The position numbers and the translations under genes are program-made. The notes below the pieces were generated by a model. The model was not told the origin of the DNA. It saw nothing but the letters and a program-made list of their open reading frames with translations, and ran no database searches. DNA of 64,000 bases from Dendrobates tinctorius (taxonomy: Eukaryota): assembly GCF_039654945.1 (NCBI RefSeq), contig NW_027361684.1, positions 16,740,001-16,804,000 of the forward strand, in the 5' to 3' direction. This document shows positions 11,635 to 24,391 of this stretch, piece after piece; position 1 is the first letter of the stretch, and each line of letters starts with the position of its first letter.

Positions 11635-13088
11635 AGTGCACAGAGGCTGGCTATAAGGGATCGTACAAGGGTGGCTACGCAGAGGGAACCCACAGATAGC
11701 CTTATAGGAAGTATAGATTCACAGCTGAGTATGCGAACCCAGCTGTGAGCTTACCCCACCGGTGTGCCCCTAGGTCCAGCGCCGACAGATCCCAGTTCTG
11801 TGCCCCCCGGAGACTGCTGTGATGCTCCTCTCCTGGATCTCATCCAAAAAAAATGGCCACCGGGACTCTGAGGAGAGGGAGGAGGGGGCGGAGAGCTGAA
11901 AAGGGCGCGCGGGGCTGTGTAAAAACGCGCCCTTTCTGCCTCAATCCGCCCCTTCTATGACACTTCAGTGTGTCATTTTAGTCATCCGGGGGGCGGGCCG
12001 GGGAAAAGGCGGCGGCTTCGGCTAGGCCGAAGCCGCGGTCTAAATTTGAGGCCTGATGCCCAGGAGGGCTCCAGAGCGGCGCGGTAGTCCGGGGGGGGGG
12101 GGGGGGCGGATTTGTACCAAACCCCCCCAGAATGGTCGACTGGATAGCAGTGGGGGTAGCGGTTCCTGTATGGGGGGCCCCCGGAGCGCTATGGAGCCGC
12201 TGCTGCTGCAGAGACAGGGACGCAGAAAAGCCCTGTCTCTGCTGTGCCATCCAGTCCGCACCCTCCCCCCGGCCCCAACAGGATCCCTCAGCTGGTCTGG
12301 GGTCCCTGGAAGCTGCGGAATGCTGCCTGTACTCCAACCCTACCTGAGGCGTCTCAACCTAATGCCCCCTGCGGGGGATTAGGGAGGGTGCGTCTGTCAC
12401 CGTCAGGGGGTCTTCATCCTCTCCTCAACCTCAACCCAGAGCCCAAAGGGGTTGGGGAAGGAGGGGGGTCTCGACCTCGAACCAGGACCCGAGGAACTGG
12501 GGAGGGAGCGACATGGGAAATAGCCACCTCGACCTCAACCGGGTACCCCTAATGGGGGACCGAGGAGGGAGCCATGCCGGGAGTCTCGCTGGAGACCCGC
12601 TTTTCTTCATCTGTAGTCCTTTGGAAAAAAATCCAGGAAAAAGACAGAGTAAAAAAAAAATTCTTAGGTGTGCCTCCTGCGACACTAAGCAAAAACTGGA
12701 GAAGGCTGACGCCGTCCAGGGGTGTATACTGCAGAGGAGGAGCCAAAGTTAATCTTTTTCAGATTATGCATAGTGTCGCCTCCTAGTGGACAGCAGCATA
12801 ACACCCACGGTTCTGTGTCCCCCAATAAGGCGACAGAGTAAAAGCAGACACACATTCCCACATTGGCAAACATGAAAAAAACAGGTAAACACATTAAACA
12901 GACCACTAAAAAGGTGCAATAGAACAAAGACAACCAAAGAAAGGCTAAAAACAACAAAGGCAAGACAAAAAAGAGGAACAAATCCAATAATGAATTGGGC
13001 TCCAAAAATGCTTTGACTGATAGAGCTATGGATTAGTCAGAAATGAGAAGAGCAGGGTGGAGGCAATGTTATAACCGATACTACTTAC

Positions 13089-13194
13089 CATCATCATCCT
13101 CAACAAACTTCTTGCTGGATCTCTGCACCACCTCCCCTTCATTGTTGTATTCCTCCTCAGATTCCTCTGCTTCGCTTTCCACAAAGTCTGACAT
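13089..13194 (-). CDS. SUPT6H: SPT6 first coding exon (start codon; exon begins at ~13201)
   Basis: [35 protein letters not shown], then gtaagt; acceptor cag 7 nt upstream of the ATG. Not in the ORF track. Confidence 0.96.
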
Positions 13195-13899
13195 AGTTCT
13201 TCTGTTCATGAGAATCAAAAAAAAGATAAGAAGGCTTGTTATGATCCCAACTAAACAAAATCAGGTGCAATTTCTAGAACAATTGTCTCCTTTTACACAA
13301 CGCAGTGTCCTGAATGTGCTCGCACATACTCAAGCCCCCATGCCCATTAGATAGCAGTGGTCTGAGCCATCGTGTAACAGCTATCTCTATATCTCCCAAT
13401 AAGGAACACTCCAGCGAGTGCCCAGTGTAGCCCTCCATATTCATGAGCTCTGTATAAGTCCCCCCTTCACAAGCCAGTGTCTACAGTATTTTCCTAAAAT
13501 ACCCAGAGGATAGGGAATATAAAAGGGGCAGCACTGCGCAGGATCTAAGCGCAATATTAACCCCTTCACCCCCAAGGGTGGTTTGCACGTTCATGACCGG
13601 GCCAATTTTTACAATTCTGACCACTGTACCTTTATGAGGTCATAACTCTGGAACGCTTCCATGGATCCCGGTGATTCTGACATTGTTTTCTCGTGACATA
13701 TTGTACTTCATGTTAGTGGTAAAATTTCATTCAAATAACTTGCGTTTATTTGTGAGAAAAACGGAAATTTGGCCGATTTTCCAACTTTGAATTTTTATGC
13801 CCTTAAATCACAGAGATACGGCACACAAAAAACTTGATAACTAACATTTCCCACATGTTTACTTTACATCAGCACAATTTTGGAACCAAAATTTTTTTT

Positions 13900-16340
13900 T
13901 GTTAGGAAGTTATAAGGGTTAAAAGTTGACCAGCGATTTCTCATTTTTACAACACCATTTTATTTTTAGGACCACATCACATTTGAAGCCACTTTGAGGG
14001 GTCTATATGATAGAAAATACCCAAAAGTGACACCATTCTAAAAACTGAACCCCTTAAGGTGCTCAAAACCACATTCAAGAAGTTTATTAACCCTTTAGGT
14101 GCGTCACAGGAATTTTTTTGAATATTTAAAAAAAAAAAATGAACATCTAACTTTTTTTCATAAAAAAAATACTTCAGGTTCAATTTTTTTTATTTTACCA
14201 AGGGTAACAGGAGAAATTGAACTGCAAAAGTTATTGTGCAATTTGTCCTGAGTACGCAGATACCTGATATGTGGGGGGGAACGACTGTTTCGGCGCATGG
14301 CAGAGCTCAGAATGGAAGGAGCGCCGTTTGACTTTTTCAATGCAAAATTGGCTGGAATTCAGATTGGACGCCATGTCACGTTTGGAGAGTCCCTGATGTA
14401 CCTAAACAGTGGAAACCCCCTACAAGTGACCCCATTTTGGAAACTAGACCCCCCAAGGAACTTATCTAGATATGTGGTGAGAACTTTGAACCCACAAGGG
14501 CTTTACAGAAGTTTATAACGTACAGCGGTACAATTAAAAAATCATATTTTTTCCACAAAAATGATCTTTTCACCCCAATTTTTATTTTCCCAAGGGTAAC
14601 AGGACCCTAAAAGTTATTGTGCAATTTGTCCTGAGTACGCTGATACCCCACATGTGGGGGTAAACCACTATTTGGGCGCATGGCAGAGCTCGGAAGGGAA
14701 GCAGCGCCATTTGACGTTTTTGGCTGGAATTGAGATCGGACACGATGTCGCGTTTGGAAAACCCCTGATGTACCAAAACAGTGGAAACCCCCCACAAATG
14801 ACACCATTTTGGAAACTAGACCCCCTAAGGAACTTATCTAGATCTGTGGTGAGAACTTTGAACCCCCATGGGCTTCACAGAAGTTTATAACATAAAGCCA
14901 TACAATTAAAAAATCATATTTTTTCTACAAAAATGATCTTTTCACCCTCAATTCTTATTTTTCCAAGGGTAACAGGACCCTAAAAGTTATTGTGCAATTT
15001 GTCCTGAGTACGCTGATACCCCACATGTGGGGGTAAACCACTATTTGGGCGCATGGCAGAGCTCGGAAGGGAAGCAGCGCCATTTGACGTTTTGGGCTGG
15101 AATTGAGATCGGACACCATGTCGCGTTTGGAAAACTCCTGATGTACCAAAACAGTGGAACCCCCCCACAAATGACACCATTTTGGAAACTAGACCCCCTA
15201 AGGAACTTATCTAGATGTGTGGTGAGCACTTTGACCCCCCCAGTGCTTCACACAAGTTTATAACATCCGGGCGTGAAAATAAAAAATTCGTATTTTTTCC
15301 ACAAACATGATCTTTTAATCACCATTTTTTTATTTTCCCAAGGGTACCAGGAGAAATTGGACCCCAAAAGTTGTTGTCCAATTTGTCCTGAGTATGCTGA
15401 TACCCCATATGTGGGAGAAAACTACTGTATGGGCACACGTCGGGGCTCGGAAGGGAAGTAGTGACGTTTTGGAATGCAGACTTTGATGGAATGGTCTGCG
15501 GGTGTCATGTTGCCTTTGGAGAGCCCCTAATGTACCTAAACAGTGGAAACCCCCGACAAATGACCCCATTTTGAAAACTAGACCCACTAAGGAACGTATC
15601 TAGATGTGAGGTGAGCACTTTGAACCCCCAAGGGCTTCACAGAAGTTTATAATGCCAGGGCATGAAAATAAAAAAATCGTATTTTTTCCACAAACATGAT
15701 CAATTAGTCCCCAATTTTTTCATTTTCCCAAGGGTAACAGGAGAAATTGGACCCCAAAAGTTGTTGTCCAATTTGTCCTGAGTACGCTGACACCCCATAT
15801 GTGGGAGAAAACTACTGTATGGACACACGTCGGGGCTCGGAAGGGAAGCAGTGACGTTTTGGAATGCAGACTTTGATGGAATGGTCTGCGGGTGTCATGT
15901 GCGTTTGGAGAGCCCCTGATGTACCTAAACTATTGAAACTCCCCACAAGTGACCCCATTTTGGACACTAGACCCCCCACGGAACTTATCTAGATGTGTGG
16001 TGAGCACTTTGAACCCCCAAGTGCTTCACAGAAGTTTATAACACTCGGACGTGAAAATAAAAAAATCATTTTTTTCCACAAAAATGATATTTTTGCCCCC
16101 AATTTTTTATTTTCCTAAGGGTAACAGGAGAAATTGGACCCCAAAAGTTGTTTTGCAATTTGTCCTGAGTAGGCTGATACCCTACATGTGGGGGTAAAAC
16201 ACTGTTTGGGCGCATAGCAGAGCTTGGAAGGGAAGGAGCACCATTTGACTTTTTCAACTCAGAATTGGCTGGAATTGAGATCAGACGCCATGTTGCATTT
16301 GGAGAGCCCCTGATGTGCCCAAACAGTGGAAACCCCCAAT
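13900..16340. repeat. ~373-393-bp tandem repeat, about 6-7 units, inside the piggyBac-like element
   Basis: Motif aagggta(a/c)cagg recurs near 14199, 14592, 14965, 15340, 15729 and 16117. Confidence 0.92.
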
Positions 16341-16444
16341 TCTAACTCCAACCCGAACCCCAACACGCCCCTAACCCTAACCCTAGCCCTAGTCCTACCC
16401 TAACCCAACACACCCCTAGCCCTAACCCTAGCCCTAACCCTAAT
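16341..16444. repeat. Degenerate (CCCTAA/CCCTAG)n telomere-like tract
   Basis: ccctaaccctaaccctagccctag...ccctaaccctagccctaaccctaa. Confidence 0.8.
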
Positions 16445-18184
16445 GGAAAAATGGAAATAAATACATTTTTTTAATTTTATTATTTTTCCCTAACTAAGGG
16501 GGTGATAACGGGGGGTTTGATTTACTATTTATGGCGTTTTTTATGTTGGGCGGCTGTCGCACGCTAAAAGTGCTTTTTATTGTAAAAATAGTTTTTGCAT
16601 CACCACATATTGAGAGCTATAATTTTTCCGTATTTTGACCCACCGAGTCATGTGAGGTCTTATTTTTTGCGGGACAAGTTGACGTTTTTATTGGTACCAT
16701 TTTTGGGCACGTGAAATTTTTTGATTGCTTTTTATTCCGATTTTTGGGACGCAGAATGAACAAAAACCAGCGTTTCATGAATTTCTTTTGGGGGGGGGTG
16801 CGTTTACACCGTTCCGCGTGCGGTAAAATTGATAAAGCGGTTTAATTCTTCGGGTCGGTACGGTTACAGCGATACCTCATTTAGGTCGTTTTTTATGTTT
16901 TTGTCGGTTTTATGCAATGAAAACTACTTTATATAAAAAATAATTATTTTTGCATCGCTTTATTCAGCGAGCTATAACTTTTTTATTTTTTCGCTGATTA
17001 TGCTGTGTGGCGGCACGTTTTTTGCGGGACAAGATGACGTTTTCAGCGGTACCATGGCTATTTATATGAGTCTTTTTGATCGCGCGTTATTACACTTTTT
17101 GTTTGGCGGTATGATAATAAATCATTATTTTTTGCTTCGTTTTTTATTTTTATTTTTTAAGGGGTTCGCTAAAGGGGTTAACTAATGGGACAGTTTTATA
17201 GGGCGGGTCGTTACGGACGCGGCGATACCTAATATGTGTACTTTTATTGTTTTTTTATTATTATTATTTCCAAAAAATGGATTTATTGGGGGAATATTTT
17301 TTTTTTTCTAATTTATTTGGCGATTTTTTTTTTTTATTATTTTTACAATTTTTTTTATTTTTTTTTTTACTTTATTAAATAGTCCCAGGTGGGACATCAC
17401 TGTCCTGTGACAGATCGCTGATCTGTCACATCACAGATCACTGTGACAGATCAGCGATCTGACACAGGCACTGCAGAAGGCTTCCTCATGCCTGCGCTTT
17501 GCAGGCACTGAGGAAGCCAGCTTCCGCAGGCCCCCGAAGGCCCCCGTCACCATCTTGGATTCGGGGGCCTGGAGGAAGGGAGTTCCCCGCAGCAGCACTG
17601 CACATTGCGCTGCCGTGGGGGGCTCAGGGAAGCACGGAGGGAGCCCCCTCCCTGCCGATGCTTCCCTTTAACCCCCGGTACACCGCGATCGTGTTTGATC
17701 GCGGTGTGCAAGGGGTTAACGTGTCGGGGGCGGTCCGTGACCGCCCCTGACACATTGTGCCGGGTGTCAGCTGTGATAATCAGCTGACACCCGGCCGCGA
17801 TCAGCGGCGCTCACCACGTGGGCGCCGCTGATCGCGCCGACGTACCATCCCGTCCCCGGTCATACGGGCCCGGGTACCGTGGACGGGATAGTACGTCGGA
17901 TGGCAGGAAGGGGTTAAAAATATCACAAAAGTGCAGAGCTAATGCATTCAGCAGACTTAGGTTGAAGAAACAGCGTATTGGCCCTGGGAAAGAGAATCCC
18001 AACCAAGGTCCTAGTTACTTGTTCTGCTGCCCGGCTCCTGGTCCACGAGGCGATCCTCAATCATACGCAGGTGAAAGTGAAAAGATGCAGAAAACCAGTC
18101 TGGTGCCGGCGCTCCCGAAAATTATATCCTGTCCAATATTGGTTTAGAAAAAAGTTTTTATTCTAAATATACAAGGTAAAAATC

Positions 18185-18221
18185 AACGCGTTTCGGCTCG
18201 GAGAGCAAAAGCCTTCATCAG
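18185..18221 (-). ncRNA. Hammerhead-ribozyme-like core (minimal type I) in the Penelope terminal repeat
   Basis: CUGAUGA-aggc..gcc-GAAAC-GC-GUU; stem I pairing is weak. Confidence 0.55.
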
Positions 18222-19683
18222 GCGAATTATACAACCATACTGGAACAATAGCCGGGTCTTTTTAAAACCTTTTTCACAAAGGGAGAGGGAGGGGTGTTTT
18301 CTACTCGCATCAATACTCCACTTGATTTGCTTATTCCTCTTATTTAGCACAGGTGGTATAATTCACTCAGATATATGCTAATGTGGACCAGATATCTTAA
18401 AAGGTTATACTCTAGTAAAAAGGTAATCATACATTATAGCGCCAATATGGCCTATCCAAAAAGAAAGAACCGTTTTTATACAACTAATGACAAAGTAACC
18501 CATAAAAGTAAACAAAAAAAAACAAAAACCCAAATAATCACAAAAAACAAATACAAAAAAAAAAAAAACATCCCCCCCCCCAAAAAAAAACCAACCAAAA
18601 ACACACAATCCCCCAGAAAACCACCAACAATCGCAGGCAACTAACAACTGATGCTTCGTGAAATAGTTATGAAAACAAAAAAATATAAAATGTAATAGAT
18701 CTGACCGCTATGTTAATAGGTATAACATCTCTAAGCTTTCTCAATTACATTGTTCAAACTGTTCGGGTACAAAGTTTGTAACCGAAATACCCAAAACGAT
18801 TCCTTCTTGTTTAATATTTGGTTGTGATTCAACACTCGGGAAGGTATAATTTCTACTGGTGTAACTGTTATTTGGAATTTTTTATTATGCTTTAATAACA
18901 TACGTCACGACAAGCTATGCTGAAGGAAGCCGATTTTTGTATTGTGACGGTGTCCATTCATTCCTGTTCTGCAGCCAACATATTGGAGGCCGCAGCAAGA
19001 CGTGACTACATAAATAACGTAGTCACTGTCGCAAGACAGATGTTGCTCAATCTCAAATACTTCACGAGTACTAAATGCAGTGATCGAGCGAGCCCCATGT
19101 TGTGAAATGCTGCTGTGCAGCAGTTCCTCGATCCACATTTGTAAACCCCCGGGGATAAATTTCTAGAGACAACTTTTGAAGACCCACAAATAAAATCTGT
19201 GGGGTTTTTTTAATTACTGGGCGCTATCAGATTTCTTATGGCGCGACCCCTCTTAAAAGGTTATACCAGGTTTTTTCAGTAACAAATTCTTTACAATGGG
19301 GTCTTCAATTAAAAGATACCAAAATTTTACAGTCAGAACAAGAATGAATGGACAATACACCAGCCCAAGATATACCTTCTTCAGAGTTTAATCGCAAACA
19401 AATATTAAACAAGAAGGAATCGCTTTGGGTATTTTGGTTACAAACTCTGTACCTGAACGGTTTGAACGATGTGATTGAGAAAGCTTAGCGATGTTATGCC
19501 TATCAACATAGCGGTCAGATCTATTACATTTTCTATTTGTTTTCATAACTATTTCACGAAGTATCAGTTGTTAGTTGCCTGTGACAGTTGGTTTTCTGGG
19601 TTTTTTTTTCCTTTTTTTTTTTTTTTTTGGGGGGGGTGTTGTGCTTTCTTGTACACTGCTCAAAAAAATAAAGGGAACAGTAA

Positions 19684-20650
19684 AGGCCCCGTCACACACA
19701 GTGATCTCGCTAGCGAGATCGCTGATTTTGGGATGCCACAGCGAAATCGCTGTGTGTGACGGGGATCAGCGACCTCCCCCCCGCCGGGTATCGCTGATCA
19801 TGCAGGATCGTCCAGGGCCATTTTTTGATCGCTGCTCTCCTGCTGGCCAGCACGCATCGCTGCGTGTGGCAGCGGGAGCCAACGATCAGTTAGGCTCCCA
19901 GCGCTCTAAGCAGGTGCTGGGGAGCTGGTATCTAAGGTAAATATCGGGTTACTAAGCGGCGCGCGTCACTTAGTTACCCGATGTGTACCTTAGAAACCTG
20001 CGTGCTCGCAGCTCCCGACGCGAGCACGCAGGTTTCTAAAGGTACACATCGGGTAACTAAGTGACGCGCGCCGCTTAGTAACCCAGTATTTACCTTAGAT
20101 TCCAGCGTCCTCGCTGGTGCTGATCGCTGGTGAAGCTGCCTGTTTGGCAGCTCACCAGCGATCATGTAGCGATGCACCAGCGATCCTGACAAGGTCGTAT
20201 TGTTGTCGGGATCGCTGGTGCATCTTTAAGTGGAACGGTACCCTACGAGTATCTTTCCACTTGCTGTATTACATCCGGATTAGCTGCGGGTTGAACGCTG
20301 TGTACAGCCGCAGCGTTCAATCCGCAGCATTCAGATGTTACAGCATAGTGGAGGAGATTTTATAAAATCCCGTCTCCACTATGCATGCGAACACGCATGT
20401 GGCGGCCCTGCGTTTTCAGACATGCTACGCTCTGTCTCTGCAAGGAAAATACCACCGTCCTATGTATACGGTGCTGCGATTCCCGATGTGTTCAATGAGC
20501 ACACCAGGAAACACCGCGCGTACAGAAGGGGCCGGCGCTTTGGGCGGAGCAGGGTTTCCGCTCTGTCCAAAGCGCAAGGAATGCGCTAAGTGGAAACATA
20601 CCTTAAGGCTGTGTGCCCACGTAGCGTTTAAGCGTTTCCGACGAGTTTTT
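19684..20650. mobile_element. Chain of palindromic MITEs (19684-20244, 20247-20602, truncated third from 20607)
   Basis: Consecutive inverted-repeat units separated by TA/TTAA-type spacers. Confidence 0.75.
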
Positions 20651-21713
20651 AAAATCAATTTCACATGCTGTTGTGTAAATGGAATAGACAACAGATGGAA
20701 ATTATTGGTAGTTATCAAGACACCCTCAATAAAGGAGTGGTTCTGCAGGTGGGGACCACAGACTACATCTCAGTACCAATGCTTTCTGGCTGATTTTTTG
20801 GTCACTTTTTGAATGTTGTTTGTGCTTTCACACTCGTGGTAGCTTGAGACGGACTCTGCAACCCATCCAGGATGGCACATCAATGCGAGCTGTGGCAAGA
20901 AGGTTTGGTGCGACTGTCAGCGTAGTGTCCAGAGGCACTACCATGAGACAGGCCAGTACATCAGAAGACGTGGAGGGTGCCGCCGGAGGGCAACAATCCA
21001 GCAGCAGGACTGCTACCTCTGCCTTTGTGCAAGGAGGAACAGGAGGAGCACTGCCAGAGCCCTGCAAAATGACCTCCAGCAGGCCACAAATGTGCATGTG
21101 TCTGCAGAAACAGTTAGAAACCGACTCCATGAGGATGTTCTGAGTGCCCGACGTCCACAGATGGGGGTTGTGCTCACAGCCCAACACCGTGCGGGATGTT
21201 TGGCATTTGCCACAGAACACCAGGATTGGCAAATTCGCCACTGGTGCCCTGTGCTCTTCACAGATGAAAGCAAGTTCACACTGAGCACATGTGACACTCT
21301 GGAGACGCCGTGGAGAGCTATATGCTGCCTGCAACATCCTACAGCATGACCGCTTTAGCAGTGGGTCAGTAATGGTGTGGGGTGGCATTTCTTTGGAGGG
21401 CCGCACAGCCCTCCATGTGCTCGCCAGAGGTAGCCTGACCGCCATTAGGTACCGAGATGAGATTCTCAGACCCCTTGTGAGACCATATGCTGGTGCGGTT
21501 TGCCCTGGGTTCCTCCTAATGCAGGACAATGCCACACCTCATGCGGCTGGAGTGGGTCAGCAGTTCCTGCAAGATGAAGGCATTGAAGCTATGGACTGGC
21601 CCACCCGTTCCCCAGACCTGAATCCAATTGAGCAGATCTGGGACATCATGTCTCGCTCCATCCACCAACGTAACATTGCACCACAGACTGTCCAGAAGAT
21701 TGCAGATGCTTGA

Positions 21714-22290
21714 AGCCCCCGTCTCACACAGTGATCTCGCGAGATCGCTGCTGAGTCACAAGTTTTGTGACGCAACAGCGATCTCACCAGAGAGATCGCT
21801 GTGTGTGACACTTATCAGAGACCGGCCCCCCTGCTGAGTATCACTGATCGTCCTGGAATGGGCAGGACATTTTTTTGATCGCTGGCCTCCTGCTGGCCAG
21901 CACGCATCGCTGCGTGTGGCAGGCGGAAGACCAGCGATCTGGTAACCAAGGTAAACATCGGGTTTCTAAGCACCGCGCTGCGCTTATAAACCCGATGTGT
22001 ACCTTAGTTACCAGCACACTGATGCAGGGAGCTGGTAACCAAGGTACACATCGGGTTTCTAAGCGCCGCTTAGATACCTGATGTGTACCTTGGTTACCAG
22101 CTCCCTGCACCAGCGCGCGGGTAACTAAGGTACACAGTTGGTAACTAAGCGACGTGCGTCGCTGTCCTGATCGCTGGTGAAGCTGCCTGTTTGGCAGCTC
22201 ACCAACGATCATGTAGCGACACACCAGTGATCCTGACAAGTTCACATCGTTGTCAGGATCGCTGGTGAGTCGCTATGTGTGACCGGGCCC
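21714..22290. mobile_element. Palindromic MITE (cgatcgctg-rich family) interrupting the Tc1 ORF
   Basis: Splits gatgct|ttagtccagg, which is contiguous in the related Tc1 copy at ~50300. Confidence 0.85.
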
Positions 22291-22365
22291 TTAGTCCAGG
22301 TCTGGGAGGAGATCCCTCAGCACACCATCCGCCGCCTCATCAGGAGCATGCCCAGGTGTCGTAGG

Positions 22366-23315
22366 TGTTAGGGCTGGCGGAACGCACCAGATTATAAAAT
22401 AGTAGAGAGTGACTTCGCAGCCCAGGGTCCACCGTGCAGAGGTGGTACACTGCTGCTAGTTAATGGCGGAAGGGAAGAGCGGCGTGAAAACAGTCACACA
22501 TGGGTTACGTCACCCAGTGTGAACAGGAGCGGATTCTGTTACTTCACAGAGCCGCACAGCCGTTTGAAAGTGAATGCCGGAGCTTGTTTAGCTCACAGAG
22601 CCCGGCCACAGTGCGCACAGCAAGCAGCCACAGAACTCCACCCCAAGGCACGGGGTTAGAGTCCTTCTAGGCCACTGAGCGCGCGGCGTCACTGCCACGA
22701 ACGCCGCTATAGACGCTGGCTAAGGAGTGCGGAGCACTTGCTCTGAGTTGTGCCGAGTGACTAATATCCGACCCAACTCTGTCCTACCTACGCCTAAGCC
22801 TGGACGCTAGCAGGCTAGGCTGCACAACACATGCGTACCAAGGGTAGGAGTTTCATAATGAGTCAGTCACCAGAGACATTCATATGTGCATCCATCACAC
22901 ACTCCTTATAGTCAGAAAATACTGGCTATCCTAGCACATGGCCGAGCGGCCATGCGAACCTTTTATAGCCGCGAGCGTGTGGGACCTTCCTGGCTTCTCG
23001 GATGGGCCAATCCAAACACGAGCAGGACCTGAGCACGTGATCTTCGATCTTCAATGGGAGATCACACCACGGGCATGCTCAGTGGCCCGACATGAGGACT
23101 TAGTCCCTGGAGAATCTCGCTGCTGAGCAGCATGCATTGCCATAGCTGTGCCAGAGGTGACAGCAGCAAGCAAACCCACGGAGCTGGTCTGGGCAGAGCG
23201 CAAGGACCGACGAGTTTGCTGAGCAAGCTCCTCTGAGGCTGGAGAGGAATGGGAGACCGCCGTAAGTTAGGCTCGGGATTCTCGCTGTGCAGCGAAAGAA
23301 ATCCGATGCCTAACA
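22366..23315 (-). mobile_element. Solo LTR (950 bp)
   Basis: TGTTAGG...CCTAACA termini with a perfect 5-bp TSD GTAGG. TATAAAA on the minus strand near 22960 (strand call tentative). Confidence 0.88.
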
Positions 23316-23874
23316 GTAGGGAGGTCATACAGGCACGTGGAGGCCACACACAATACTGAGCCTCATTTTGACTTGTTTTAAGGACATTACATTCCACTTT
23401 AATTTTGTGTGTGACTCCAAATCCAGGCCTCCTTGGGTAATAAATTTTATTTCCATTGATGATTTTTGTGTGATTTTGTTGTCAGCACATTCAGCTTTGT
23501 ACAGAACAAAGTATTCAATGAGAATATTTCATTCATTCAGATCTAGGATGTGTTAATGAGCGTTCCCTTTATTTTTTGAGCAGTGTATTTTTTGTTTTGT
23601 GTCGCTTTTTTGTTTATTTGTGCGATCTGAGTTTTTATTTTGTGTTGTTTTTTTTAGATTACTTTTACTGGTTATTTTGTCATTGGTTGTATAAAAACGG
23701 CTTTATATTAGTTTTCTAAGTTTTTTTGTTTAGGCCATATTAGCCCTATAATGTATGATTACCTTTTACTAGAGTATAACCTTTTAAGATATATGGTCCA
23801 CATTAGCATATAAATTCCTCGTGCCTCTGAGTGAATTATACTTCTTATCCACCTGTGCTAATGAAGAGAATTAA

Positions 23875-24247
23875 AGGACCCGTTACACTAAGCGATATCG
23901 TTAGCAATATCTCTATAACGTCACTGGTTTTGTGACGCAGCAGCGATATTGCTAGCGATATCGCTACATGTGATAATTACCTCCGACCGGCTCCCCCGCT
24001 GGTTATCGCTGATCGCGCGAGAACATCCTGGACGGTTTCTCGTCGTCTGCTTCCTGCTGTGGCGACGAGCGACGCATGGACATCTTCATCACCTCGTCTG
24101 ACAGGTAAGTAGCGACCGCTGCTATGTCGCTGGTGAAATCTGCCTGTTTGGCAGCTCACTAGCGACCATTTAGCGATGCACCAGCGATCCTGAACGGGTC
24201 ATATCGTTGTCGGGATCGCTGGTACATCGCTAAGTGTAACTTTACCC
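23875..24247. mobile_element. Palindromic MITE within the Penelope right arm
   Basis: taa-aggacccgttacactaagcgat...atcgctaagtgtaactttaccc-taa; flanks rejoin to match the left arm. Confidence 0.8.
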
Positions 24248-24352
24248 TAAGCAAATCAAGTGGAGTATTGGTGCGAGTAGCAAACACCTCTAACATTGTG
24301 AAAAAGGTTTTAAAAAGACCTGGCTATTGCTCCAGTATGGTTGTATAATCAC

Positions 24353-24391
24353 CTGATGAAGGCTTTTGCTCTCTTCAAGCCGAAACACGTT
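24353..24391 (+). ncRNA. Second hammerhead-ribozyme-like core
   Basis: CUGAUGA-aggc..agcc-GAAAC-AC-GUU, an inverted copy of 18185-18221. Confidence 0.5.

Larger units (their letters stand above)
6693..12842 (-). mobile_element. Full-length DIRS1-type tyrosine-recombinase retrotransposon (~6.15 kb) in a SUPT6H intron, same sense as the host gene
   Basis: ~135-bp inverted terminal repeats (6739-6873 and 12692-12826). An internal complementary region (~7008-7106) matches both outer ends joined by TTT. Contains gag, RT-RNaseH-MT and YR reading frames. Confidence 0.96.
13561..17913. mobile_element. Non-autonomous piggyBac-like element (4.35 kb)
   Basis: TTAA-CCCCTTC...GAAGGGG-TTAA termini; no transposase ORF; internal tandem array. 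Confidence 0.75.
19654..23585 (+). mobile_element. Decayed DD34E Tc1 transposon with nested insertions
   Basis: TA-flanked TIRs cactgctcaaaaaaataaagggaac / gttccctttattttttgagcagtg. Transposase fragments FTDESKF, VMVWGGI, QDNA and SPDLNPIE, with 34 residues between D and E. Confidence 0.92.

Noticed and set aside
16341-16444. Chromosome end or fusion scar
   Set aside because: Short, degenerate, single orientation, and internal to a transposon-like element.
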